Positions 1 to 10,774 of a stretch of DNA of 44,123 bases are shown in pieces. The notes beneath the pieces were generated by a model. It was not told where the DNA came from. It was given only the letters and a program-made list of their open reading frames with translations, and searched no databases. The position numbers were made by a program, and so were the translations under genes. The stretch spans positions 103,472,663 through 103,516,785 of the forward strand of contig NC_068987.1 of the NCBI RefSeq assembly GCF_001194135.2, given 5' to 3'. Every line of letters begins with the position of its first letter. Within the stretch, counting starts at the first letter, position 1. This DNA is from Octopus bimaculoides. Its lineage: Eukaryota.

Positions 1-38
<38 letters not shown>

Positions 39-425
39 GTATATGTATATGTACACACACATACACATATAACACACAACACATATATATAACATAATGT
101 GCATATATTTCTCCTTTGTCACTCAATAACCATTATTATTTTCTGTGAGTGATACTGCGTCTGGTGGGGGTTCTGCTTGGAGGAGAGGTGCAAGCGTCGA
201 TTATTTAGTGCTATCATTATCGGTAATGATGTTTCGGGTGTTTGGTTTAAACTTGGTGCAGTGTCTGGCTGCTTGAATGATTTGTGTAAAGAGCATGCCT
301 GAAATATATGCCTTACTTTGTATGTACATACTTATATCTGCATGTGTATACACATGCATACATAGATATATACATACATATATACATAATCATAAATATA
401 TAGGGATTGACAGTAACCTGCTTCT

Positions 426-615
426 CCAACATACTGAGAATTCAGAAATAGCAGTCAAAGAACTACTGATTTCAAAACTACAAATTATTACTCCAGATTG
501 ATAGCGATATTTTTGATACACACATCAAAAATATCGCTATCAATCTGGAGTAATAATTTGTAGTTTTGAAATCAGTAGTTCTTTGACTGCTATTTCTGAA
601 TTCTCAGTATGTTGG
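426..615. repeat. Perfect long inverted repeat (palindrome), 92-bp arms and 6-nt spacer
   Basis: 426-517 is the exact reverse complement of 524-615; the spacer is ACACAC (518-523). The right arm runs into the N gap that starts at 616. Confidence 0.95.
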
Positions 616-1416
616 NNNNNNNNNNNNNNNNNNNNNNNNNNNNNNNNNNNNNNNNNNNNNNNNNNNNNNNNNNNNNNNNNNNNNNNNNNNNNNNNNNNNN
701 NNNNNNNNNNNNNNNNNNNNNNNNNNNNNNNNNNNNNNNNNNNNNNNNNNNNNNNNNNNNNNNNNNNNNNNNNNNNNNNNNNNNNNNNNNNNNNNNNNNN
801 NNNNNNNNNNNNNNNNNNNNNNNNNNNNNNNNNNNNNNNNNNNNNNNNNNNNNNNNNNNNNNNNNNNNNNNNNNNNNNNNNNNNNNNNNNNNNNNNNNNN
901 NNNNNNNNNNNNNNNNNNNNNNNNNNNNNNNNNNNNNNNNNNNNNNNNNNNNNNNNNNNNNNNNNNNNNNNNNNNNNNNNNNNNNNNNNNNNNNNNNNNN
1001 NNNNNNNNNNNNNNNNNNNNNNNNNNNNNNNNNNNNNNNNNNNNNNNNNNNNNNNNNNNNNNNNNNNNNNNNNNNNNNNNNNNNNNNNNNNNNNNNNNNN
1101 NNNNNNNNNNNNNNNNNNNNNNNNNNNNNNNNNNNNNNNNNNNNNNNNNNNNNNNNNNNNNNNNNNNNNNNNNNNNNNNNNNNNNNNNNNNNNNNNNNNN
1201 NNNNNNNNNNNNNNNNNNNNNNNNNNNNNNNNNNNNNNNNNNNNNNNNNNNNNNNNNNNNNNNNNNNNNNNNNNNNNNNNNNNNNNNNNNNNNNNNNNNN
1301 NNNNNNNNNNNNNNNNNNNNNNNNNNNNNNNNNNNNNNNNNNNNNNNNNNNNNNNNNNNNNNNNNNNNNNNNNNNNNNNNNNNNNNNNNNNNNNNNNNNN
1401 NNNNNNNNNNNNNNNN
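616..1416. other. Assembly gap (N run)
   Basis: N run. Other large gaps are at 11711-12562, 13532-14219, 26722-27080 and 42364-42678. Small gaps lie near 8407, 8643, 21888, 24507, 34195 and 37067. Most are flanked by microsatellites. Confidence 0.99.
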
Positions 1417-1819
1417 TATCAACATCACTTATTCCTTTGGAAGACCCATTTGTAATCTTCGAAACATATGTTGTAAATAAAAGAATTCATTTAAGATATG
1501 CGTATTACTCCAGTTATTAAATTTTTATCTTTACTCAATTACCCAAAATAACAAGAGTTTCTACCTCATAAACAGGAGTTACACCACAGTCATTTTGTGA
1601 TCTTTGCTACCCTGGTATCTATTAAACAATTTATTTTGTCGGAGTTAATTATTAACTAAGAGAAAATAAATACATATAATAATAATAATAATAATATATA
1701 TATATATATATATATTCTTTTTATTATTTTACTTGTTTTTACTCGCAGAAATTGTTCCCAGAATCCGTTCTTTGTAAGTCTAATACTTATTCTATCGGAT
1801 ATATTTGCTGAAATGCTAG

Positions 1820-2060
1820 GTTACAAGGACGTAAACACACCAAAGGTAGTTGTCAAGTAATGGTAGTGGGCCAAACACATACACAAAGAGCCACACACAC
1901 TCACACACAGATATATATACGACGGGATTCTTTTAGATTCCATCTACCAAATCGCTCACAAGGCTTTGGTCAGCTGGAGGCTACAATAGAAGACAGTTGT
2001 CCAAGGTGCCACGCAGTGGGTTTGAACTTGGAAGCATGTGGTTTGGAAACAAGCTTCTTT

Positions 2061-2063
<3 letters not shown>
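1820..2063 (-). mobile_element. tRNA-derived SINE, group B (partial)
   Basis: Matches the group B copies at 37193-37545 and 39748-40143 (ccaaggtgccacgcagtggg, ctaccaaatc.ctcacaaggctttggtc, internal CA/TA tract). Confidence 0.8.
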
Positions 2064-2109
<46 letters not shown>

Positions 2110-2112
<3 letters not shown>

Positions 2113-2979
2113 GGTACGGTGAATAAACTCTTGTTTAAATTACGCGAAAATTAACATATCACTGACATCTCATTTTAACAGATATATTTACCAAAATTAC
2201 GTAAAAAAGTCTTGAATTACTAGAGAGCGAAATTTTTCAATAAAATTGCCATTGGCTTCATCCACGGCCACCAGACGACTTCGGAATCTCCTGCAATTCT
2301 TCTGGGCGGTCTCCTCGTCTAAGTTAGTGAATGCTGCCATAATCCTTGCCTTCAGTTCATCTTTGGTGTTACAAGGAGTTTTGTTGGTCTCTCGTTCGAA
2401 AAATATGCACCACGCATAATAATCAAGGGGGTTGCAGTCTGCAGTGTTAGGAGTGATGTGGTCGTAGAAATAGTCTGACAGTCATAACTGGGTTCTCCTG
2501 GTTGTGTAGCATGGTGCAGAACCCTGTTGCCAGACATAGAGTCTTCCAGCAGCTTCCCTCTTGACCCAGGGCAGCACTACCTCCTCCAAGCACTTGATGT
2601 AGATCGCCGTGCTGATTCTGAGACTGTGTGGGAAGATGAATAGAGGAATAACGTCGCTATCACTAGTAATCACTCTAAACACCATGATGTTGACTGGATG
2701 CTTGATTTTTATCACTTTCGGTGCATGTCCTCAGATTGCGCTGTCCTCAGTTTGACAACCAAACACTCTGAAATGTACGTATTGGATCTTCTGGCGTGAA
2801 TGCCAAGCAGTACATCATGTTTCCAAATTTCTGGCAGAGTGAATTGAGTCATGGTGCTGTCTTTCTCATAGACAGTGCCCAACTGACCCTACTATACTCC
2901 GTAGTTGACAAAATCAAAGACAATGCGCATGTTCAAAATTAAAAATATAAAATGGCAACAGTTTACCCCTCGCACCCTG
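2110..2979 (-). mobile_element. Tc1/mariner-superfamily transposon relic (maT/DD37D-like), decayed transposase
   Basis: Minus-strand translation gives IKHPVNIMVFRVITSDSDVIPLFIFPHSLRISTAIYIKCLEEVVLPWVKREAAGRLYVWQQGSAPCY...DCNPLDYY...RETNKTPCNTKDELKARIMAAFTNL. The right TIR (revcomp CAGGGTGCGAGGGGTAAACTGTTG) ends at 2979 next to TA; a degenerate left TIR starts at about 2110. A deletion prevents counting the D-D spacing. Confidence 0.85.
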
Positions 2980-2996
2980 TATATGTATATATACAT

Positions 2997-3052
<56 letters not shown>

Positions 3053-3599
3053 GATTAGATAGATAGAGAGAGAGAGAGAGTGAGAGAGAGATAGTGAGAG
3101 AGAGAGAAAGAAAGAGAGTGAGAGAGAGAGAGAGAGAGACACACACACACAGATAGATAGATATATATTTCATACGCATACATATCTGGAGAGACCAACC
3201 GACAGAGCGTGACACATGAATATATACATTTTATACCAATCAAAATAAATTTTGTTAACAAATGTTCGAGATAAATGTTTTCTACACTTTTTATGTGTGT
3301 CTACCTTTTATTCCTGCTGGAGTCAAGGTAAGATAACTGCACCACCGAAGATGCCTATTGATTAGAAACATGTATCCATAGTTGTAGTATATCCTGAAAA
3401 ATACATATAGTCTTTTCCTTAAAACCATGTATTTCCGAAGAATTGGCATCTTTCAGAGGGTAATGGATCTATGTGATGCTACTTCACGTTTGTTTTTGTA
3501 GGACTTAAACCCAAATAACCTCATAATCTACACATGATTTTGTTTAGATTACGGGGTTCGCAAATTTTCTCTCTGTAACCGTAGATGTAAGCTGTTGGT

Positions 3600-4850
3600 G
3601 AAGAAAACTTATTCTGTCAGACACTACGTATTTTTGTGTGAATTCGTAATTCTGTCAGACTCTGAAGCTTTTGAGTCTCGGATTTCATGGAGCTTAACTG
3701 ATTGAAGAGATCGAAGCTATGATCTTGGTGGAAAAAAAGTTTTCATTGTTTTCCAATCTTCCTTAAGTGTTTTTTTTTTCTTTTGTGTCTGACTTAGAAA
3801 AGATGTTTGTCATGAGCTTTTGTTTTTAGCAGAGTATATTACCTGAATATCTTTGTATGATTTATTTTGTTTACTTTCGCTACATATGTTTACCAATTTT
3901 CTGTCATTTATTGTTTATTTTCTTCTTTAGTTTTTATCAAGTTCACTTTCTCATCTGCGTAATTGATTTTTGTTATCGTCATATACGATATGTTCTACAG
4001 CATCGATATTGGTGATTGTGGTGCGTTTTCAGTTCGAAGAAACTTAATTCTATTTCTTGGTAGAAACGATAGTGCTTTTATTCTGTTCATTCATGTGTGA
4101 TGGTAGGTGGTCAGGTTGATGCTTTTTTCCTCCAGACATTATCAAATTGGAAACAGTTTTTCGATAACAGATTTTTTTCACTCAAAATTTTACGTTCATG
4201 AATTTCCTTTCAAAACCAAGGAATGTGGAATCTCAGTACATTTTAGTTATCTTTTTAGAGATTGGTATGTCCCACACTTATTAATTCACCTTAAATTGTA
4301 TAATGCTATTTACTGTTAAACACTTAAGTTGATGTTATTTACAGTTGAACTCTTCAGTTGATATTGTCAACAGCTTTAAAGAGTGGTTAGTATGTGTTAC
4401 TTATTTATTGCCCTTAAACTGTAAGATGTTCTCTTAATGTTCCACTCTAATTCGGAGGTTGTTCATGTTATCAACAGGTTTGTTATCAAGATTTATGTAA
4501 ATTTACTTCTTTTCCAAATGTGCTGTAGCTATTTCCTAGATGCACTTATAGAGTGACTAAGACTGCATTAAGGTAAATATTGATTATTTAAAGTGCCATC
4601 ACGTTGGTTGGTTTTTGTCTTTTCCCTTTCGAAAAATAGTCGGTTATAACTTCTTGAAAACAGTTTTAAATTACGTTTTTATTCATTTCATATCATTTTT
4701 ACAGTCATATATCAATCTGGTCGTTTTTATACGGAGAAACTTTAACTATTGAATGGTGGTAATGATGTTGGTGTACATGATTGATTTATATTTATACACT
4801 CCTTCATTTGGAGTAGGTTTTAAATAGATTTTTGGATGTCTTTTGAAAAC
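3600..4850 (-). mobile_element. Possible highly decayed Penelope-like reverse transcriptase relic
   Basis: Scattered motif-like peptides on the minus strand (YKSIMYTNI resembling DVKSLYTNI; KNCFQFDNV resembling NYFQFNN) in an AT-rich tract with many stops and frameshifts. Weak. Confidence 0.3.
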
Positions 4851-4886
4851 TAGTATAAACATCAGTTGGAATATCATTTCTTGATA

Positions 4887-5222
4887 GGTAAGGTAAAGGA
4901 CCCCTTCAGACATGAATGGCCATGGGATTGCACCTAAAAGGTTACTCTCCGAGGCAAATGTCCAGGAAAGGTTGTTTATGGAAGACCAGCAGTCGCCCAT
5001 GCATACCAGCCTCCCCTCTCCATGCCACCGATGTTATCCAAGGGAAAGGCAAAGGTCGATACAGCTTGGCACCAGTGATGTCCCATCTCATTTCTATAGC
5101 TGTGTGAACTGGAGCAACGTGAAATAAAGTGTCTTGCCTAAGAACACAACACACAACCTAGTTCCAGAATCGAACTCACCACTTCTAACCCCTGAGCCAT
5201 GTGCCCGACGCTTTAACCACTG
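4887..5222 (-). mobile_element. tRNA-derived SINE, group C
   Basis: ctggagcaacgtgaaataaagtgtcttgc...gaatcgaactcacc...cccgacgctttaaccactga is the reverse complement of an A/B-box tRNA head plus a body shared with 17790, 19670 and 28600. Confidence 0.8.
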
Positions 5223-5471
5223 ACGTGACTAAACGAAATTTAAAGCTAAATGGCTCAAATAAGCGACGAACAGAGCACTGAAGGCCATCTTCCTTGTCAG
5301 TAAATAGAAGGTGCTCCGTGGAACAGAAAATGCTCCGCTCGCGACCAAGAGCCACTTTAAGGAAATATGAATAATTTATTTGTATGATATAATGAGGTTG
5401 AAAGTTTTTTTTTATAAAGAAAATACAAATAAACTATAAATTAAAAAGCTCTAATAGAAAGGCAGATGCCA

Positions 5472-5598
5472 AAAGCCTACACATATGTTTCGATTCATAC
5501 CTCTAGGTGATTCGTAATTCTAAGCATTTGGGTAGGGTCACATGCTAAGAATTGGTTATCATTTTCAACTATATGGAGCAGAATCTCATCAGGACTTT
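5472..5598 (-). ncRNA. Type I hammerhead ribozyme with complete core and extended stem II
   Basis: Minus strand: AAAGUC (5598-5593), CUGAUGA (5592-5586), GAUUC...GAAUC stem II, GAAA (5491-5488), stem III ACA/UGU with a UAUG loop, GUA cleavage triplet (5480-5478), then GGCUUU. Stem I is 6 bp with one G-U pair. All conserved core positions are present. Confidence 0.8.
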
Positions 5599-5940
5599 AT
5601 GAGCTCGTACTACAAAGATTAACATGTTTGTTGAAAGGATGCAGACGAATTACTAATAAGTTTAAAAAGTTAGATCATATATATATATATTATGCGGATG
5701 TCTTTAGCTAATGAATTATGGATTTAAGTAAAGATAGAATAAAATAAAATAATATACAAATAAAAGTAAAGTAAGAAGATATAAGATAAAAGTAAAGAAA
5801 AATATAAATGTATGTACAATAGTATGTTTCTATGTATTTAAGTCTTTCTATATGTGTATCTATGTGCGCGTGAACACCCACGCACACACACGCACATATA
5901 TATGTATGTATGCATGTATGTATGTATGTATGTATGTATA

Positions 5941-6640
5941 CGAGGTGCTATCAAAAAGTTCCCGAACTAGTTGTATTTAATAAAATATAACTTATTTACC
6001 TAAGTTTTAATATCATATCCTTCAAAATAGTCACCTTGAGCAGCGATACACCACTCCCAGCGTTTCTGCCACTTTTGGAATCCAGCATGGAAGTCGTCTT
6101 ACCTAAGCGAGTCGAAGATCTTCTGTAATTCGCGCTGGACCTCGACAATGGCGACGTTTGAGCTACATTTTCATCTTGGGGAAGAGATAAAAGTCTGCAG
6201 GTGCTAAATCTTGCGAATCGGGCGGATGCGGAAGCAATGCCATATTGTTTTAGGGGAAAAACTCATAAGTGAGGAAAGGTCGATGACAGGGTGCATTGTC
6301 GTAATGATGAGTCCAATTTTTCGTGCTCCTCAGATCCGGTCGCTTTCGCAGATCAATTCATACGTTAGCATTGCCTCCACAGACTCATACGACAGACCAA
6401 GAACATAAGCAATGTTGTTATTGTATTCCAACGATCCGCATGCATAAGCTGATGAATTTTCTCCACATTTCCTGGGGTGATGCTCGTGGCAGGTCTTCCA
6501 GACGGCTCACCATCTTCCAGACGGCTCATCGTCTTCCAGACCGCTCATCGTCTTCCAGACGGCTCATCGTCTTCCAGACGGCTCATCGTCTTCCAGACGG
6601 CTCATCGTCTTCCAGGCACGATATTCCGCTTTTGTTACAG
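5941..6640 (-). mobile_element. mariner (DD34D) transposon relic, internally deleted and truncated
   Basis: TA followed by TIR CGAGGTGCTATCAAAAAGTTCCCG at 5941. Minus strand NWTHHYDNAPCHRPFLTYEFFP*NNMALLPHPPDSQDLAPADFYLFPKMK has 34 residues between the 2nd and 3rd D. C-terminus is FQKWQKRWEWCIAAQGDYFEG; the HTH part is SGRPATSITPGNVEKIHQLMHADR. Confidence 0.9.
6493..6615. repeat. 19-bp minisatellite (GTCTTCCAGACGGCTCATC, about 6.5 copies)
   Basis: Units start at 6493, 6512, 6531, 6550, 6569, 6588, with a partial unit at 6607. No spacers. Confidence 0.97.
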
Positions 6641-7158
6641 ATAGAATATTCTTTAGAATAAAGAAACTTGTTTCTTGTTGAAACATTTTAGCAGTTAAGC
6701 TGGTTTAAGTTTGGACGAATGCCATCCTAGTAATACTATAAAAGTTTCATAAACTGATTGAATGATTATCACGATTTTCTTAAAAGCACGAGCATAAAAT
6801 TTGATATAAATATAAACACAACGTGAAGTCAATTACATATTCATGCCATGTTAGCTGGCTCACATATTCCGTCGTACTACTGGTGTTGGTTGTGCTATTT
6901 GATGTTGAATATTGCTAATATTAAGACGTAGATTAAAAAATAAATCTACATCATATTTTAAAAAATCATTTTCAAGGGTATTTTCTTTTGCGTGCATAAA
7001 AAAACATAATCCAGTTACGTATCTACGCTAATACGTAGAATAAAATGGAATCATTCAACAGGAAAATATTCAGTGAGACATATTTTTAGACAGTATTCTA
7101 AAATTGCCTATTTGTTAGGATGCTAATTATGTGTATGTATACATATATAGTCATATAC

Positions 7159-7194
<36 letters not shown>

Positions 7195-7539
7195 AAACAC
7201 ACACATACAAGCACATACACACATGTATGTTCATGCATGTATGTGTTTGTGTTTGTGTATGTACGTATATTATATGTGTGTGTGTGTGTGTGTGTACATA
7301 CATATGTGTGTGTATACATGTGCGTGTGTGGTTGTCTGTGTGTATGTGTGTGTTTGTATGTTGAAGTGAGTGTGTTATTATGTACGTTTTTTGGGTGGGA
7401 GAGCATGAGAATATGTAGGAGTGGTTCAGCGCGTGTATATATGTATGTTTTTTTTTTGTATATTTGTGTGTTAGACATATATCAAGAATACGTTTAGTTA
7501 TAATTGGAAGAAGTAAATATCCATAACAACACCAATAAT

Positions 7540-8060
7540 GATGACAACAACAACAACAACATCTATGATCATAACAAAAAAAACAACGAATTTAAAGAAT
7601 AAGAGCACTAAATTAACAAATAATATAATACAAATCAATATACCCCAAATAGCAAAATCAAAATCGAATCAGAAAAATCATCACGCTAAAACATTAACAA
7701 CATCAACAACAACAACAGCAGCTATAACAACAATAATAACAACAACAACAACACGACACTATGATAATAACAGTAAAACAAAGTCTAGGAAATTGTCATA
7801 CGTGAAGATCGGCAAGATACAATTAAAGCAAATATACTTACAACAATAAAAATCTTACATAACAACAACGATGGCGACGAAGTGTTCTTCGCCGACCTAT
7901 AACAACAACAAAAACGAAATTAATATTGAATAACGAAATAACAAAAACGATAACAATTCTAAACATTGGACACCAATAACAACAACAACAACAACAATAA
8001 TAACAATAAAAATTACAACAACAGCAGCAACAATACATTAAACAAGTAGAAAATAACAAT
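7540..8060. repeat. Degenerate (CAA/ACA/TAA)n low-complexity array
   Basis: Repeated acaacaacaac and aataacaat runs; source of the T-, N- and C-rich pseudo-ORFs. Confidence 0.85.
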
Positions 8061-8344
8061 AACTTTTACCATTATCCAGCTATAATTTACAATTAACATC
8101 AGAATAGACTTCGTTTTCTTTAATCTCAAATTCAATGCTTTCTTTTAGTCGCGCTTACGCTCTTGCTGTTATTATTATGTGTATGATTACGGTATGAAGT
8201 TTGTCATTGTCGTATGGTGCACACAAGCATGAACACACACACACACACACACACACACATTCAGGCATATCAGACTCACACAGCATACACACACACACAC
8301 ACACACATATATGTATACGTATATTATATATATATGTGTGTGTG

Positions 8345-8391
<47 letters not shown>

Positions 8392-9158
8392 ATATATATA
8401 TACATANNNNNNNNNNTATATATATATATACATATGTTTACATATATGTATATGAATGTATACAGATATATATGTGTGTGTGAATGTATACAGATATATG
8501 TATATACTTTCATACAACTATACACGCACACACACACACACAGATATATATACATACATATATATTTATATATATATACATATATATGTGTGTGTGTGTA
8601 TGTGTGTAAATGAATGTATACAGATATATGCATATATATTTANNNNNNNNNNTTTGTCTGTCTGTATATATACGTGTGTGTGTGCACTTATCTACGTATG
8701 TATGTATGTATGTATGTATGTATGTATGTATTTATGTATGTATGTATGTATGTTTGTATTTATGTATGTAGGTCTGATCAACGGTTCGTATGGCTGCTTT
8801 CGTTGTCTTAAATCTTTTCTTTATTTATTCATTCAGAAAGTAATAAAATTTGGAAGGCAGACACACATAACAAACAATTAATATGTGGATATCAATTTAG
8901 AGTAGACTTGGAGGAAGAAATTAGCAATTCTCCGCTTATTTTCGGATTTAATAAGTTGCTGCATTTCAAGATTCAACGTCCTCTTCTGCTACTTGAACAC
9001 ACACACACACACACACACACACATAAACACACATACACACACATAAACACACACACACACACACACACCACAGATACACTCAGACGCACACACATATGTA
9101 TGCACGTATGTGTGTACGTGTCAGTGTATGTATAAATGAGTATATATTTAAAATTTAT

Positions 9159-9826
9159 TGTAAAATTTTGGCACAATGCCAGCAATTTCAGGGTAGTGGT
9201 TAAATTGATAACATCGACCCCAGTGCTCAAATTGTACTTATTTTATTGAGACCGAAAAAAGGATGAAAGGCCAAGCCAATCCCGGTGGCATTTGATCTTG
9301 AAATCTAAAGACTGACGGAATGTCGCGAACGATTCTGCCATATCACCGCTTCAATATGTATATATTTACCTCTTTATTGCCCACAGGGAGCTAAAACATA
9401 GAGGGGACATACAAAGACAAAGGGATTAAGTCGATAACATCGACTCGAGTGCGTAACTGATACTTAATTAATCGACCCCGAAGGAATGAAAGGCAAAGTC
9501 GACCTCGGCGGAATTTGAACTCAGAACATAACTGTAGATGAAATACGCTAAGCATTTCGCCCGGCGTGCTAACGATTCTGCCAGATAGCCAACTTATATT
9601 TATTTATATATTCTTTTCTACTCTAGACACAAGGCCCAAAATTTATGGGGAGGGGGCCATTCGATTAGATCGAATCCTGTACGCTACTGGTACTTACTTA
9701 ATCGTTCCCGAATGGATGAAAGTCAACGTCGACCTCGACAGAATTTGAACTCGGAACCTAACGACAGACGAAATACCGCTAAGCATTTCGCCCGGTATGC
9801 TAACATTTCTACCAGATCGCTGCCTT
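9159..9826 (-). mobile_element. Three tandem group A tRNA-SINE copies (9159-9351, 9366-9592, 9613-9826)
   Basis: Each is the reverse complement of GGCGGCGAGCTGGCAGAA.CGTTAGCACGCCGGGCGAAATGCTTAGC...GTTCTGAGTTCAAATTCCGCCGAGGTCGACTTTGCCTTTCATCC...GGGGTCGAT, and each has a different 3' tail. Confidence 0.9.
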
Positions 9827-10774
9827 ATATTTATTCATGTATTAAATACATTCATATACATGTGTGCTTGACGGTATGTAGTTATATGTGTATATTTCTT
9901 TATATATGTGTATGGGTTGATGAATGGATGGATGTACATTTGTACATATGTGTGTGCTTTTCTGTATGTATGTGTGTGCATGTGTGTGTGTGTGTTAACA
10001 CCCTTCCTCTGCAGATGTGCAACAGCTGGGCTCTGCCAATTGTAAGTGTGTGTGCGTTTTCATTTTTATCTTTGTCCCTGACGCTTGACAGTTGGTGCTG
10101 GTTTGTTTACATTCCTGTGATTTAGCGATTCGACAAATAAAGTAAATACCAAATTGAAATATAAGTATTGGAGTTAATTCAATCTACTACTGTTTTCAAC
10201 TCTTTGATTCATCACGGCTGCAATCCAAAGAACCTGAAATAAGACTTGCAGTTCTGCAGGTGCCAATGGAGAATGATAGAGATTTTCAGCTCTTCGGTGT
10301 GATATTTGCAAAGAAAGTGACAAATCTGGCAAGTCTCCAATTTCATGTCAGTAAAACAAGTATGGAAGAGCGCTGTGTCTCTGCAGGATAATGACTGCAA
10401 AGGGAGAATGATAAAGCTTTGCCCTTCTAAAGGGTGGTGTTTGCAATTAGAGAACGACAGTGTTTGTAGGTCTGCAATTTGTTGTCTGTTGAGAGAGATT
10501 TCCGGTTTCGGCTTCGTACAGCTGTTGAGATACAAAATTGGCAAAAGTGTTTAGTAAAGTATCTGAAAGACGTGACACAGAATAGATATGACAATAGAAA
10601 TAACTGTGTTGACTGTACAAAGGGGAATTTATTTTGGACCTTGTTATTTTAGAAGAGAAAAGCTCATGTTCCTACTGATGGACGAAAAGAAAGTAATTCT
10701 GTAAACCAGTATCTGTAAAGTACTGTAAGGTAAATGTGATTCTCTGTTATTTGGATGTTATTCTTTGTTAACTG

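Noticed and set aside
583-1520. Long ORFs of 270-400 aa (also at 11493-12663, 13207-14412, 26539-27159, 42156-42786)
   Set aside because: They are made of X residues translated from N gaps.
6493-6615. Short direct-repeat array as a CRISPR-like locus
   Set aside because: The units are contiguous with no spacers, lie inside a mariner relic, and the context is eukaryotic.
7098-9230. Many ORFs rich in CV, HT, YI, LS or MYVC repeats throughout the window
   Set aside because: They are direct translations of di- and tetranucleotide microsatellites, which lack stops in some frames.
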